Source of the DNA: an uncultured bacterium
GTDB taxonomy: Bacteria; Babelota; Babeliae; Babelales; Vermiphilaceae
Assembly: GCA_963701085.1 (NCBI GenBank)
Contig: OY969561.1
Coordinates: 832,001-896,000 of the forward strand
DNA length: 64,000 nucleotides
Reading direction: 5' to 3'
The notes beneath the pieces were generated by a model, which saw only the letters and a program-made list of their open reading frames with translations, was not told where the DNA came from and searched no databases. This document shows positions 20,117-30,458 of this stretch, in pieces; positions within the stretch are counted from its first letter, which is position 1, and each line of letters starts with the position of its first letter. A program made the position numbers and the translations under genes.

Positions 20117-20340
20117 TACAATTTAGCAAGACTAGCTCTTTCTCGTTCTTTTTCTTTTTTTTCTTCCAACAAAAGCTTATGTAACTTCCATGCTGCTTGG
20201 TCAAGCTCCTTCAGTGATTCCGTAGCTCTTTTAAGAGAATATTGTAGTCGAACTTCACGCTCATCTTCTGTATTCATCGTGTATGAAAAAGCAGTTGCAC
20301 TTAACGCACACATCATCATTATTTTTTTACAAACAATCAT
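20116..20340 (-). CDS. Small secreted coiled-coil protein ending -AKL
   Basis: Signal-like N-terminus; stop abuts the pseudopilin ATG. Confidence 0.6.
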   Translation of the reverse strand: MIVCKKIMMMCALSATAFSYTMNTEDEREVRLQYSLKRATESLKELDQAAWKLHKLLLEEKKEKERERASLAKL

Positions 20341-20350
20341 CTCAACACCC

Positions 20351-20614
20351 TTATAACTTAGCAACTAATTGTTGATCATCTTTACGAAAATAACCTCTGC
20401 CAAACTTTCGCTGATTATCCGGTGATTCCTTTTTTATAGGTACATCTTTTTTCGGATATACCGCTTCTAATTCTGTAACAAGTTTATTAAGCTCACGACT
20501 TTTTTTAACAACTTCTGTCATTCTTTGTTGCATTATTTTTTCCGATGCAACAATAGAGAAACAAATAACATAACCCAATGCAAACAGTCCATACTTTTTT
20601 TTCAATGAAAACAT
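20351..20614 (-). CDS. Small secreted protein ending -AKL
   Basis: Signal-like N-terminus; co-oriented between gspE and the pseudopilin. Confidence 0.6.
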   Translation of the reverse strand: MFSLKKKYGLFALGYVICFSIVASEKIMQQRMTEVVKKSRELNKLVTELEAVYPKKDVPIKKESPDNQRKFGRGYFRKDDQQLVAKL

Positions 20615-20646
20615 CTTCACCCCTTTTTTTATCATCTATAATACCA

Positions 20647-22359
20647 TTATTTTTCTTCCGTAACTTCTTGTTCCATCGTTGCAACAGCAAGAACTTCTTC
20701 AATCGTTGTAAGACCATCTTTAATTCTACGCAAACCATCTTGTATCAAAGGAATCATACCATCTTTCAGTGCTTGTTCACGAATCACACCAGTTTCAGAA
20801 CGCTCCATGGTTAGCTTTGCAATTGCTGATGTCATTTCCATAATCTCAAACACCGCAACTCGTCCACGGAATCCAGTCTGGTTACATTCATCACAGCCAG
20901 CAGGAGCATAAAATTTAATCGCTTTCGCATCTTTTGCAGACAAACCAATCTGCTTAAGTAACTCTACTTCTGGGTGATACTCTTTTTTACAATGAGGACA
21001 CAATTTACGAACCAAACGCTGCGCAACAACCACCACCACGGATGATGCAATTAAAAATGGCTCAATACCCATATCAATCAATCGCGTAATAGAAGCAGGA
21101 GCACTGTTTGTATGCAGCGTACTCAATACTAAATGTCCCGTAAGCGCTGCTTGTACCGCAATCTGTGCTGTTTCTTGGTCACGAGTTTCCCCGATCATCA
21201 CAATATCAGGATCTTGACGTAAAATTGAACGCAATGCGGCAGCAAAAGTAAGACCAACTTTTTCACGCACGCCAACTTGCCCAACACCAGCCATCTGATA
21301 CTCAATAGGATCTTCTACCGTAACAATATTAACTTCAGGTCTATTAAGCTTATTTAAAATAGAATACAACGTACTTGTTTTACCTGAACCTGTTGGACCA
21401 GTAATATAAATAATACCATTAGGGCGACTAATATTTGCCTCAAGAACTTTCAGATCTCGTTCACTAAATCCAATATCTTGTAGTCCCGTAAATGTTCGTG
21501 ATTTATCCAACAAACGCATTACAATACGTTCACCAAATGCTACCGGTAACACGGAAACACGAATATCATATGCTTTATCACCAACTTTGATCGCAATTCT
21601 TCCATCCTGTGGAATGCGTTTTTCTGCTATATCAAGATGTGCCATAATTTTAATACGAGATGTCAACGCTCCTTGAATACGTTTAGGAGGATTCATAACG
21701 CTATACATAACACCATCAATACGATAACGCACACGAATCTCTTTTTCAAACGGCTCAATATGAATATCGGAAGCATTACGCTTAACTGCCTGAAAAAAAA
21801 TATTATTCACTAGCTTAATAATTGGCGCTTCTGTCGCCATACCAAGAATATCTTTTTCCTCTATCTCTTCAAACGCAACCTCTTTAGGTGCTTCTTCTTC
21901 CTCTTCAAGCTCCTTCATCATCCGCTCAGTGCCTTCAAGAGGATAATAACGATTAATACTATTAATGATTACAGCAAGCGGTGCAACAGCATACTGCGTA
22001 CCCCCACCAAGAAGCATATTCAACTCATCAAGCGGCTGAAAATCAAAAGGATTAGCCGTTAAAATAACAATTGCACCATCAACCATAACAGGCATGACCT
22101 CATTATCACGCAAAAACTTCAGCGGAACTCGTGCTAAAAGATCAAGGTCCGCTGTTTTATCAGTAACGGTATCAATATAAGGCAGAGAAGAATACTTTGC
22201 GTATGCTTGCGCTAAACTTTCGGCGGTGGCATATTTTTTATCAATAACACATGCTTCAACAGTCACTCCCGTTTTTTCAGCTTCTTGCTGACATTCCTTT
22301 AATTGCTGGGCATTAATAACACCCAACTCAACTAATAATTCACCGCTGTTTCTTTTCAT
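20647..22359 (-). CDS. gspE: Type II secretion / type IV pilus assembly ATPase
   Basis: ASDIHIEP, GPTGSGKT, EDPIEY, RQDPD, TGHLVLSTLH and CxxC motifs. Confidence 0.93.
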   Translation of the reverse strand: MKRNSGELLVELGVINAQQLKECQQEAEKTGVTVEACVIDKKYATAESLAQAYAKYSSLPYIDTVTDKTADLDLLARVPLKFLRDNEVMPVMVDGAIVILTANPFDFQPLDELNMLLGGGTQYAVAPLAVIINSINRYYPLEGTERMMKELEEEEEAPKEVAFEEIEEKDILGMATEAPIIKLVNNIFFQAVKRNASDIHIEPFEKEIRVRYRIDGVMYSVMNPPKRIQGALTSRIKIMAHLDIAEKRIPQDGRIAIKVGDKAYDIRVSVLPVAFGERIVMRLLDKSRTFTGLQDIGFSERDLKVLEANISRPNGIIYITGPTGSGKTSTLYSILNKLNRPEVNIVTVEDPIEYQMAGVGQVGVREKVGLTFAAALRSILRQDPDIVMIGETRDQETAQIAVQAALTGHLVLSTLHTNSAPASITRLIDMGIEPFLIASSVVVVVAQRLVRKLCPHCKKEYHPEVELLKQIGLSAKDAKAIKFYAPAGCDECNQTGFRGRVAVFEIMEMTSAIAKLTMERSETGVIREQALKDGMIPLIQDGLRRIKDGLTTIEEVLAVATMEQEVTEEK

Positions 22360-22454
22360 AATAGTTGTCCTTCTTTTCTTTTATAATGATACCAGTATAC
22401 TATTTTTAACAATAACCGTGTATCAAAGTATACTTTAATGATAGGCATAATCCT

Positions 22455-23354
22455 GTGATAAAAACAAGAAAACGCTTTATTCTATCAGCATTTTCATTCA
22501 TAATCTCTTCATGTTTAGCTGGTAGCTCAACAGCAACCTTTTGCCAAGATAATAATGCAAGCGCAGCACAACAAATTAATGTAACTCTCGCTTCCCCCTT
22601 CGCTGACACGTTAACGAACAAGCCAACAGAAACAACAACGCACAAAAAACGCATGCGTAAACCAAGCGCCAAAAAAGAAAAAACAAAACGCGGCCGCACG
22701 TTTATGGATTTTGATTATGAAGAACTTGCTCACGCAAAAGATGTACAACGCGCAAAAGGCAATATTCCCGTCACCATAAAATATATCGAACAGATGATGA
22801 AGTTATGCGATAATATCAATCTGCTCGCCGATAATCTCCTTGAAATTGCTGATCTCTTTTTTATTGATAACCAATTTCAAAAAGCAACAGCCTTATACAC
22901 ACAATATTGTGCACTCTATCCTGGCAGTGAAAAACAGGAATATGCGCTGTATCGTTCTATAACCAGCTCATTTGCTTGCATACTTTCCGTTGATCGCGAT
23001 CAAACAATAACAGAAGAAACATTAGCACGTACTGAACTCTTTTTAAAACAAGATCACTTTACTCAATATAAAGATGAAGTTGCACAGATACAAACACAAT
23101 GCTATGAACAACTCGCTGCAAGTGAATGTAACATCTGCAACTTTTATGTATCACGAGGCAAATTACCTGCTGCTGAAAAACGCCTTAAAAAAATACGTTC
23201 TTACTGGCTGCCAAAGCTACCAACACTAGAACCAACAATTATTGCATTAGAAACACAGATAATTGAACAGAAAGAAGCAATTGCATTACTCAATGTGCCC
23301 CACACCAAACTTGCTCATAATACAAAAACCAAACACATGGCGGATCGATTTTAA
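22455..23354 (+). CDS. bamD: Outer membrane assembly factor BamD-like TPR protein
   Basis: YPGS..EYALY, DRDQT and E..I..FY motifs. Confidence 0.8.
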   Translation: MIKTRKRFILSAFSFIISSCLAGSSTATFCQDNNASAAQQINVTLASPFADTLTNKPTETTTHKKRMRKPSAKKEKTKRGRTFMDFDYEELAHAKDVQRAKGNIPVTIKYIEQMMKLCDNINLLADNLLEIADLFFIDNQFQKATALYTQYCALYPGSEKQEYALYRSITSSFACILSVDRDQTITEETLARTELFLKQDHFTQYKDEVAQIQTQCYEQLAASECNICNFYVSRGKLPAAEKRLKKIRSYWLPKLPTLEPTIIALETQIIEQKEAIALLNVPHTKLAHNTKTKHMADRF

Positions 23355-23356
23355 TA

Positions 23357-23719
23357 ATGAATTACCGTATACAAAAAGGAAAAGAGGGAGAGCTTCTTGT
23401 TGCACAATATCTTCAAAAACGAGGTTACACGATCATTACCCAAAACTATCGTAAACGCTTTGGAGAAGTTGATCTTATTGCACAAAAAGATGATACCATC
23501 GCCTTTATAGAAGTTAAATGGCGCCATGATCCCCTTGTTGATCCAGCTGAACTGATTGGGCCATCAAAACAAAAAAAGATCATATCTATTGCGAAAGATT
23601 TTTTATCAAAGCATAATGATCTAGAGGTTGTTTGCCGCTTTGATGTGGCATTAGTAGAAGAAAATAATAACTCAATAGAACTCCGGTATATACCAAATGC
23701 GTTTACCACTTTCGACTGA
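23357..23719 (+). CDS. YraN family (UPF0102) protein
   Basis: GK.GE...YL...GY, GEVDLIA, FIEVK and RFDV motifs. Confidence 0.92.
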   Translation: MNYRIQKGKEGELLVAQYLQKRGYTIITQNYRKRFGEVDLIAQKDDTIAFIEVKWRHDPLVDPAELIGPSKQKKIISIAKDFLSKHNDLEVVCRFDVALVEENNNSIELRYIPNAFTTFD

Positions 23720-24368
23720 ATTTCTTAAACGTCTTGTTACGGGCATTTTCCTAGGAATAGGATTCTGGGCAGTGTATTTTTACCTCCCACCCATCTTTTT
23801 TTCTCTTATTTTACTCACTGTACTACTTCTTATTATTGTTTATGAGTGGACACGGTTTTTTCCTATTGATACACCTTTATTCTGGCTTTTAATGCCCCCT
23901 TACCTTATTTTACCCTTTGCACTACTCATTGTTCTCAATCATAATCCCCTCTACCATGAATTACTCCTAATCCTCTTTATTCTTGTTTTCAGCTTTGATA
24001 CCGGCAGCTACTTTATCGGAAACCTCGCGGGAAAACATTACATTTGCCAGTCAATCAGTCCCAAAAAGACATGGGAAGGCATGATCGGCGGCTATCTTTT
24101 TGCCTGCCTCAGCTTTATATTCATCATTTGGGAACAGGATTATAACACCCCGTGGTGGCTAATTCTCCCCTTTACTCTTATACTTTGCTTCCTTTCCCTT
24201 GCCGGCGATCTTTTTGAATCTTGGCTCAAACGACGGGCACGCCTGAAGGATTCCGGGACCTTTTTACCAGGTCACGGTGGTTTTTTGGACAGATTTGACG
24301 GAATTCTCTTCGCCGTTTTCTTCTTTTATCTCTGCAAAGACTATCTTTTACGACTTTTGATAAAATAA
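23697..24368 (+). CDS. cdsA: Phosphatidate cytidylyltransferase
   Basis: SPKKTWEG, GDLFESWLKR and KDSG..LPGHGGFLDRFD motifs. Confidence 0.95.
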   Translation: MRLPLSTEFLKRLVTGIFLGIGFWAVYFYLPPIFFSLILLTVLLLIIVYEWTRFFPIDTPLFWLLMPPYLILPFALLIVLNHNPLYHELLLILFILVFSFDTGSYFIGNLAGKHYICQSISPKKTWEGMIGGYLFACLSFIFIIWEQDYNTPWWLILPFTLILCFLSLAGDLFESWLKRRARLKDSGTFLPGHGGFLDRFDGILFAVFFFYLCKDYLLRLLIK

Positions 24369-24461
24369 ACTGATATACTCATCCAATCGAACAAACCAAA
24401 TGATTTTTCTGGGCAAAAAATACCCCTTTTTAAGTTTTTTTTAAAAATATTTTAAAAATTA

Positions 24462-24491
24462 TTGACTATTAGAACTCAATTGTTTTATCCT
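24462..24491 (+). promoter_or_regulatory. Sigma70-like promoter (TTGACT-18-TATCCT), duplicated at 25371-25400
   Basis: Similar sequence and identical spacing precede the next paralog. Confidence 0.55.
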
Positions 24492-24595
24492 GAAATCAGT
24501 AAGTTTATTATTGTCTAGGCCAAACGCATGCAACCTGGACCGATAAACTTGAAAAAAGAGAATATATTAATAGTCCAAAAAGAAGGAGAATGTCC

Positions 24596-25234
24596 ATGAA
24601 GAAGATAATAAGTACAACTCTCATTGCGGTTGCAGTAGCAGTTGCAATGGTCGGTTCGGTTGATGCGAAGGTGTTGAAACAAACAACTACTGCTACACAA
24701 CGCAGCAAAGCTGCTACAACAGCAGCTGCTAGAAGATCTACATTAGCACCTGCGCCTGTGCTATCACGTCAAGAAAGAACAGCAGATGCAAATGATGCTG
24801 CGGCTGTTGTGTTGCAAGCTGGTCAGCAGGTTGTGGCAGATCCGTCAGCAGAAAGTAAAAAAGAACTAATGACGGCTATTAAGCAAGAAGCTAATACTCC
24901 AGAAATGCAAGAAACTCTACGTCTCGCGACGCTCGAAAAAGAGCTGATGGGGAAAATTGGATTAGTTCAACAGGAAATGAAGGACCTTAATTATGGTTTC
25001 TTCGGCTTTAGAACAAGCAAAGAAACACAGGATAAATATGCTAATGCAAAACAACGTCTCAGTGATTTGAAAATCGAACTTACCAAGGTAAAAGCAGATA
25101 TGAAAGCCAATGAACAACAAACAAGTCGCTCATGGACAGCTACTGCAAGATATATTGCCGCCGTAAGTATCGTCATTGGTGCACCGATTGCTTTCGGTAC
25201 TATGATGTACAAAGGGTGGAAAATAGGCGAATAA
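24596..25234 (+). CDS. Secreted coiled-coil protein, paralog 1 of 3
   Basis: MKKIISTTLIA signal, NYGFFG motif, C-terminal hydrophobic helix. Confidence 0.8.
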   Translation: MKKIISTTLIAVAVAVAMVGSVDAKVLKQTTTATQRSKAATTAAARRSTLAPAPVLSRQERTADANDAAAVVLQAGQQVVADPSAESKKELMTAIKQEANTPEMQETLRLATLEKELMGKIGLVQQEMKDLNYGFFGFRTSKETQDKYANAKQRLSDLKIELTKVKADMKANEQQTSRSWTATARYIAAVSIVIGAPIAFGTMMYKGWKIGE

Positions 25235-25258
25235 ACAACGTAACATCAACTAACAAAT

Positions 25259-25294
25259 GGGCAGCATATCATGTGCTGCCCGTTCTCTTTTTTT
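25259..25294 (+). terminator. Intrinsic terminator-like hairpin
   Basis: gggcagca...tgctgccc followed by a T-rich tail. Confidence 0.6.
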
Positions 25295-25370
25295 ACAAGC
25301 CAATCAAAACCCCTCTTTTTATTTAAAAAATACACATTTTAATTTTTATAGCAAATCTTTTTATAATCTA

Positions 25371-25400
25371 TTGACAATTTGAAACTGATTAGTCTATCCT
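25371..25400 (+). promoter_or_regulatory. Sigma70-like promoter (TTGACA-18-TATCCT)
   Basis: Consensus -35; homologous to 24462-24491. Confidence 0.6.
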
Positions 25401-25441
25401 GAAAATAGTAAGATTAATAGATCAAAAAAAAGGATTTTTTT

Positions 25442-26176
25442 ATGAAAAGAATAATAAACACAGCCCTTATTGCAATTATAATTGCAACAATAGGTACCCT
25501 TGATGCAAAACAGTTAAGAAGAAGACAGCAAGCTACAATTGCAACAACAACAACAATGGAACAACAACCAACACCAAACAATACTGCACGCATACTACAA
25601 GCCAGTGAACAGGTTGTTGAAAACCCAACAGACCAATCCGTAGAAGAACTCACCCAAGCTCTTGACCCAAAAAAACAATCCCTTGAGGAAAGAGAACTGA
25701 TAGTTCTGAAAAATGAAAGAGATATCATAAAAAATAGAATCGAATTCAGAACAAAAGAAATAAGCAGCATAAACTATGGATGGTTTGGTTATGGATTACT
25801 TAAAGAAACAAGAGAGAAATACCAAAATGCCAAAAAATTACGTAAAAATCTTGAAAAAGTTTTAGCAGAAGTACAAGCAGAAATTGACGGATTAGAAGGA
25901 GTTACGGGTAAAGACTATAGTGCGGTTATAGACGTTGCGCTTACGGCATTAAAAATTGCTGGCGTCATAATCACCGCCACTGCAGTTGATCACTATATAC
26001 TTGAAGGGGCTGTGAGAACATTCATAGGAACAAAAATGAGTAGAACTGTGACAGGAGAAACAACACCGCTGCCAACCACATCTCCTGTAAGAAAAAAAAT
26101 AGTGCCTCAATCGGGAGATCCAAAATTATTTAAACAATACCAAGAACAACAACTACGTAAAATACGTAATAAATAA
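25442..26176 (+). CDS. Secreted coiled-coil protein, paralog 2 of 3
   Basis: MKRIINTALIA signal, NYGWFG motif, hydrophobic helix. Confidence 0.8.
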   Translation: MKRIINTALIAIIIATIGTLDAKQLRRRQQATIATTTTMEQQPTPNNTARILQASEQVVENPTDQSVEELTQALDPKKQSLEERELIVLKNERDIIKNRIEFRTKEISSINYGWFGYGLLKETREKYQNAKKLRKNLEKVLAEVQAEIDGLEGVTGKDYSAVIDVALTALKIAGVIITATAVDHYILEGAVRTFIGTKMSRTVTGETTPLPTTSPVRKKIVPQSGDPKLFKQYQEQQLRKIRNK

Positions 26177-26201
26177 ATAAAAATAAAAAAGGAGAGTTCA
26201 T

Positions 26202-27113
26202 ATGAAAAAGACAATAAACACAGCCCTGATCGCACTTACTGTTGCAATTGCACTACATGGCACCGCCAATGCGAAAATATTACGCCAAAGAACGATACCG
26301 GTAACCAAAAGTACAAAAGATCTATTTATTGATACCAAAAACCTCAAAGCATCAACAAGCCCTGAAGAGCTAAAGCAAAATATCCAAAAGGTTGCTACAG
26401 ATTCTAAGAAAGATCCTTATATACGCTTAAAAAATGAAGAAATGGTACTCCTCGACGAGATTAAAAACAAAGAAGCAGAAATAAGTGGATTGGAAGGTTA
26501 TTCAGGTATGTTCTTCCTTGATAGCGATGAACTCATGGAAGCTCGAAATGAAAGAGCTGATCTTTATAAAGAATTATACGAGGTTCAAGCAAAACTTGAT
26601 AAAACCCGTGAAAAACAACCCGTAATAGAGACTAAAATTAAGGATTGGGCTTTTTACACACTTATAGCAACGGTTGGTCTTGCTGTGGCTGACCAGGTTA
26701 TTACTGGCGGTGAAGGCAGAAAAGCACTAATGAGTGGTGTAAGCACAGTCGGTGGTAAAATAGGTTCTGCAGCAAAAACTACTTGGAGCTCTATGCCATC
26801 ATTCCGTTCCACCACGCCATCACCTGAAATAACAAGCAATGTTGGTGAAGCTGTCGCTGCTGCAACAACCAGTGCGGCATCAACATGGGGACAAACAGTG
26901 AGTAATGCAGCAGAGGCTGCAAAAAAATTGGTACTAAAGGGCGCTATGGCTGGTGCAAGTGGTTTTATAGGCTATAAAGTACAGACAATCATGACAGATC
27001 TAGAAGAAGCACAAAAAAATCCTTCTGCAATAACTCCAGAACAACTACAGAAAAAAATATCTGAACTCAAATATCTTCTTGATGAGTTCAACACGCAGAA
27101 TCTCAAAAAATAG
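26202..27113 (+). CDS. Secreted coiled-coil protein, paralog 3 of 3
   Basis: MKKTINTALIA signal, YSGMFF motif, hydrophobic segments. Confidence 0.8.
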   Translation: MKKTINTALIALTVAIALHGTANAKILRQRTIPVTKSTKDLFIDTKNLKASTSPEELKQNIQKVATDSKKDPYIRLKNEEMVLLDEIKNKEAEISGLEGYSGMFFLDSDELMEARNERADLYKELYEVQAKLDKTREKQPVIETKIKDWAFYTLIATVGLAVADQVITGGEGRKALMSGVSTVGGKIGSAAKTTWSSMPSFRSTTPSPEITSNVGEAVAAATTSAASTWGQTVSNAAEAAKKLVLKGAMAGASGFIGYKVQTIMTDLEEAQKNPSAITPEQLQKKISELKYLLDEFNTQNLKK

Positions 27114-27125
27114 ATAAGTCTGCTA

Positions 27126-27170
27126 TAAAAAAAGAAGGGGTGGTGCATAAATAACACCACCCTTTTATTT
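27126..27170. terminator. Bidirectional terminator-like hairpin
   Basis: gggtggtg...caccaccc between convergent genes. Confidence 0.65.
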
Positions 27171-27189
27171 TAAATTATTTAAACTTTTT

Positions 27190-29553
27190 TTAGCACTCCC
27201 TAATCCCCTTACTCTTATCCTCCGGCATCAGCAACTTATCCATAATGTCATTGGCGTGATCCACCAGAATAATATCAATGCCATCGATCATATTATCAAG
27301 CTCTGCCAAATTGTGGCTGTTTTTTCTTGGCAAAATAACAAACGGAATGTTATTACGTTTTGCTGCCAAGATTTTTTCTTTTACCCCACCAATTGGCATA
27401 ACTTCACCACGCAGGTTCAACTCCCCTGTCATAGCATAATCAGAATTTATTGGACGATTAGTTAATGTTGAAAGCATTGCGGTAAGCATTGCAAGCCCTG
27501 CTGATGGGCCATCTTTTGGCACCGCACCTGCAGGAAGATGAATATGCATATCGTAATTTGTAAACAGCTTGTTATCAATGCCAAAATCTTGTGCATGAGC
27601 GCATGCATAACTGCGAGCTGCTTGCGCTGACTCTTTCATTACATCACCAAGTTGTCCCGTCAATAACAATTTACCCGTTCCTGGCATAAGCATTGCTTCT
27701 ATCTGCAGTATTTCACCGCCATACACTGTCCACGCAAGCCCATTTGATATACCAATTTGGTGATTTTTGTTTGCACCATCATCAATAAATCGGCATGGTC
27801 CAAGATGATTTTCCAGCGTATCAACAGAAAAACCTTCAAACGTTTTAGTCTCCACAAACGTACGTGCTGCCTTTGAACACAACTTGCTAATCAACCGCTC
27901 CAACTGACGCACCCCTGATTCACGCGTATAGTCAGTAATAATTCTTTTAATAATGTCATCAGAAATAACTACATTGTTATTTTCCATCCCGGCACTAGCA
28001 ATTGCTTTTTTAACCAAATGCTGCCGTGCAATGTTTGTTTTTTCTTCTAAGGTATAGCCACTCAACTCAATAATTTCCATACGATCGCGTAGCGGTTCAG
28101 AAATAACATCAATACTATTAGCCGTTGCAATAAACATCACCTCTGATAAATCAAACGGTATACCAAGATAGTTATCATAAAAGGTTTTATTTTGTTGCGG
28201 ATCAAGAACTTCAAGCATTGCTGCAGAAGGATCACCTCTAAAATCTGCACCTATTTTATCCAACTCATCAATCACGAGTAACGGATTACGTGATCCTGTT
28301 TTGCGTAACGCCTGAATAAATCTACCTGGCATTGCACCAACATACGTTCTGCGATGACCACGAATTTCCGCCTCATCTTTTACACCACCGAGTGATATCC
28401 GGCCATATTCTCTACCCAAACTACGCGCAATTGATTTACCCAATGACGTTTTACCCGTCCCTGGAGGCCCCACAAAACAGAGTATTGGCGCAAATCCATC
28501 TTTTTTTAGATTACGCACGGAGATAAAATCAAGAATACGTTCTTTAATCTCTTTCAAACCAAAATGATCTTCATCAAGAATTTGTTTTGCATGAGCAATA
28601 TCAAGATTGTCTTCTGTTGTATGGTTCCATGGAAGTGCAAAAACCCATTCTAAATGATTACGCGTTACCGTTGCTTCTAATGAATCCGGCGCCGTGCGTT
28701 CAAGACGATTGATATGTCGACCAATCTCTTTTTTTATTTCATCGGCAACCTCAAGAGCTTCCAACCTTTCACGCATCTCTTCTATTTCCTCAACATCATC
28801 TTCGCCAAGTTCTTGCTTAATTGCCTTGAGCTGTTCACGCAGATAAAACTCCTTTTGAGAACGATTCATAGATTCGCGCGCATTATTTCTGATTTTTTCT
28901 TGAATCTCTGCAACCTGTACCTCTTTACTCAAATAATCAGAAAGCATGACGAGAAAATCTTTTTGAGTATCCGTTTCCAAAAGCCGTTGAGCATCATCAA
29001 CATCAAGATTAAGATGAGAAAGAATAAAATCCCCAATTTTACCTGCATCAGTCATCTTAGAAAGGATAATGTGAAAGTCAGGACTGAAGGTATAACCGGA
29101 ACTTGCCATCTGATCGGCAATTTTTTTAATCTTTTGGATGCATGCAACCAATTCTGCCGCGTTACTTTCTTCATCTTCAATCTTTTGTATCTTCGCTTGC
29201 AACATATTATCGCTCGTCATGATATCAAGAGCACGCGCCTTACAAACCCCCTGAACAAGAATTTTAATTCCTCCTTCAGGTATTTTTATAAGACGCATCA
29301 CGGTTGCAACGGTACCAACAGCATACAAGTCATCTGTGCTGATCGCCCCCTGAGGATCAACACCATTTTTTGCTGCAAGAAGAAATACCATCTTCTTTTC
29401 TTCTATTGACCGGTTAATCCCGCTGATGATTTTTTCATCAAGCACGAGTAACGGTACAATAATTTGTGGAAATACCACAACATCCATTGTTGGTATAACT
29501 GGCAATACTTCTGGAGAAACATTCGCCTTTTTTTGATTGACAACACTTTTCAT
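27190..29553 (-). CDS. lon: ATP-dependent protease La
   Basis: GPPGTGKT, GHRRTYVGAMPG and PKDGPSAG motifs. Confidence 0.97.
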   Translation of the reverse strand: MKSVVNQKKANVSPEVLPVIPTMDVVVFPQIIVPLLVLDEKIISGINRSIEEKKMVFLLAAKNGVDPQGAISTDDLYAVGTVATVMRLIKIPEGGIKILVQGVCKARALDIMTSDNMLQAKIQKIEDEESNAAELVACIQKIKKIADQMASSGYTFSPDFHIILSKMTDAGKIGDFILSHLNLDVDDAQRLLETDTQKDFLVMLSDYLSKEVQVAEIQEKIRNNARESMNRSQKEFYLREQLKAIKQELGEDDVEEIEEMRERLEALEVADEIKKEIGRHINRLERTAPDSLEATVTRNHLEWVFALPWNHTTEDNLDIAHAKQILDEDHFGLKEIKERILDFISVRNLKKDGFAPILCFVGPPGTGKTSLGKSIARSLGREYGRISLGGVKDEAEIRGHRRTYVGAMPGRFIQALRKTGSRNPLLVIDELDKIGADFRGDPSAAMLEVLDPQQNKTFYDNYLGIPFDLSEVMFIATANSIDVISEPLRDRMEIIELSGYTLEEKTNIARQHLVKKAIASAGMENNNVVISDDIIKRIITDYTRESGVRQLERLISKLCSKAARTFVETKTFEGFSVDTLENHLGPCRFIDDGANKNHQIGISNGLAWTVYGGEILQIEAMLMPGTGKLLLTGQLGDVMKESAQAARSYACAHAQDFGIDNKLFTNYDMHIHLPAGAVPKDGPSAGLAMLTAMLSTLTNRPINSDYAMTGELNLRGEVMPIGGVKEKILAAKRNNIPFVILPRKNSHNLAELDNMIDGIDIILVDHANDIMDKLLMPEDKSKGIREC

Positions 29554-29771
29554 ATAACTCCCCCTAGTTTTTATGTGCTGTACATTACAGGTATAAGTTT
29601 ATGAGATACCAATAGGACAACTCAATAATTGTAAGATGTGAGGGCAAAAAAAACTTACCCAGGAGCTTTTATTAAAAACACTATCATTTTTATGGAGTTT
29701 TCTGCTATGAAAAGCCAATTAAAGGCTTATACTATCAAAAAAGATATAGAATTTATGATCAGGAGACCGAT

Positions 29772-30458
29772 ATGCAAAAAGCAACGCTTGCCACACAAGG
29801 GATCTCTAAAAAATTTATGCAGGGTGAAGAAGAAATTATAGTTCTAAATAACATAGACAGTTTGTTTATGCAAGAAAAAAGTTATGCCATCACCGGCATA
29901 TCAGGATCAGGAAAATCAACATTTATTCATATCCTAGCCGGCCTTGATACACCCACAACGGGAACCGTATTATTTAACAACCATGCATTACGCACATTAT
30001 CACCTGCTCTTCTTGAACAATTTTTAAACAAATCAATTGGATTGGTGTTTCAGTCCCCCCACTTACTCCGTGAGCTCTCAGTGATAGAAAACATTATACT
30101 GCCCGGCCTGATAAGCGGACGTACACGAACTGATTGTGAAAAAAAGGGCATAGATCTTTTAAAAAAAATGGAATTATCACCAAAAAAGAATAGTAAAATA
30201 GGAGAACTTTCCGGTGGGCAACAACAACGCGTTGCCATTGCTCGTGCTCTTTTTAATGAGCCAGCATTCCTCATAGCTGACGAACCAACCGGTAACTTGG
30301 ATCTTGCCACCGGAAAAACAATTGTTGACCTGCTGATTTCATGCTATCACGAATGGGGAATGGGAATCATTGTCAGCAGCCATGATGATTATGTTGCGGA
30401 AAAAATGCATGAGATATACAGATTAGATGAAGGTAAGCTACATGGCATCACACAATAA
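29772..30458 (+). CDS. lolD: ABC transporter ATP-binding protein, LolD-like
   Basis: [23 protein letters not shown] and ADEPTGNLD motifs. Confidence 0.75.
   Translation: MQKATLATQGISKKFMQGEEEIIVLNNIDSLFMQEKSYAITGISGSGKSTFIHILAGLDTPTTGTVLFNNHALRTLSPALLEQFLNKSIGLVFQSPHLLRELSVIENIILPGLISGRTRTDCEKKGIDLLKKMELSPKKNSKIGELSGGQQQRVAIARALFNEPAFLIADEPTGNLDLATGKTIVDLLISCYHEWGMGIIVSSHDDYVAEKMHEIYRLDEGKLHGITQ

Noticed and set aside
28714-29409. 231-aa plus-strand ORF
   Set aside because: Antisense shadow of lon; likewise 59136-59642 (rho), 57803-58303 and 44581-45528
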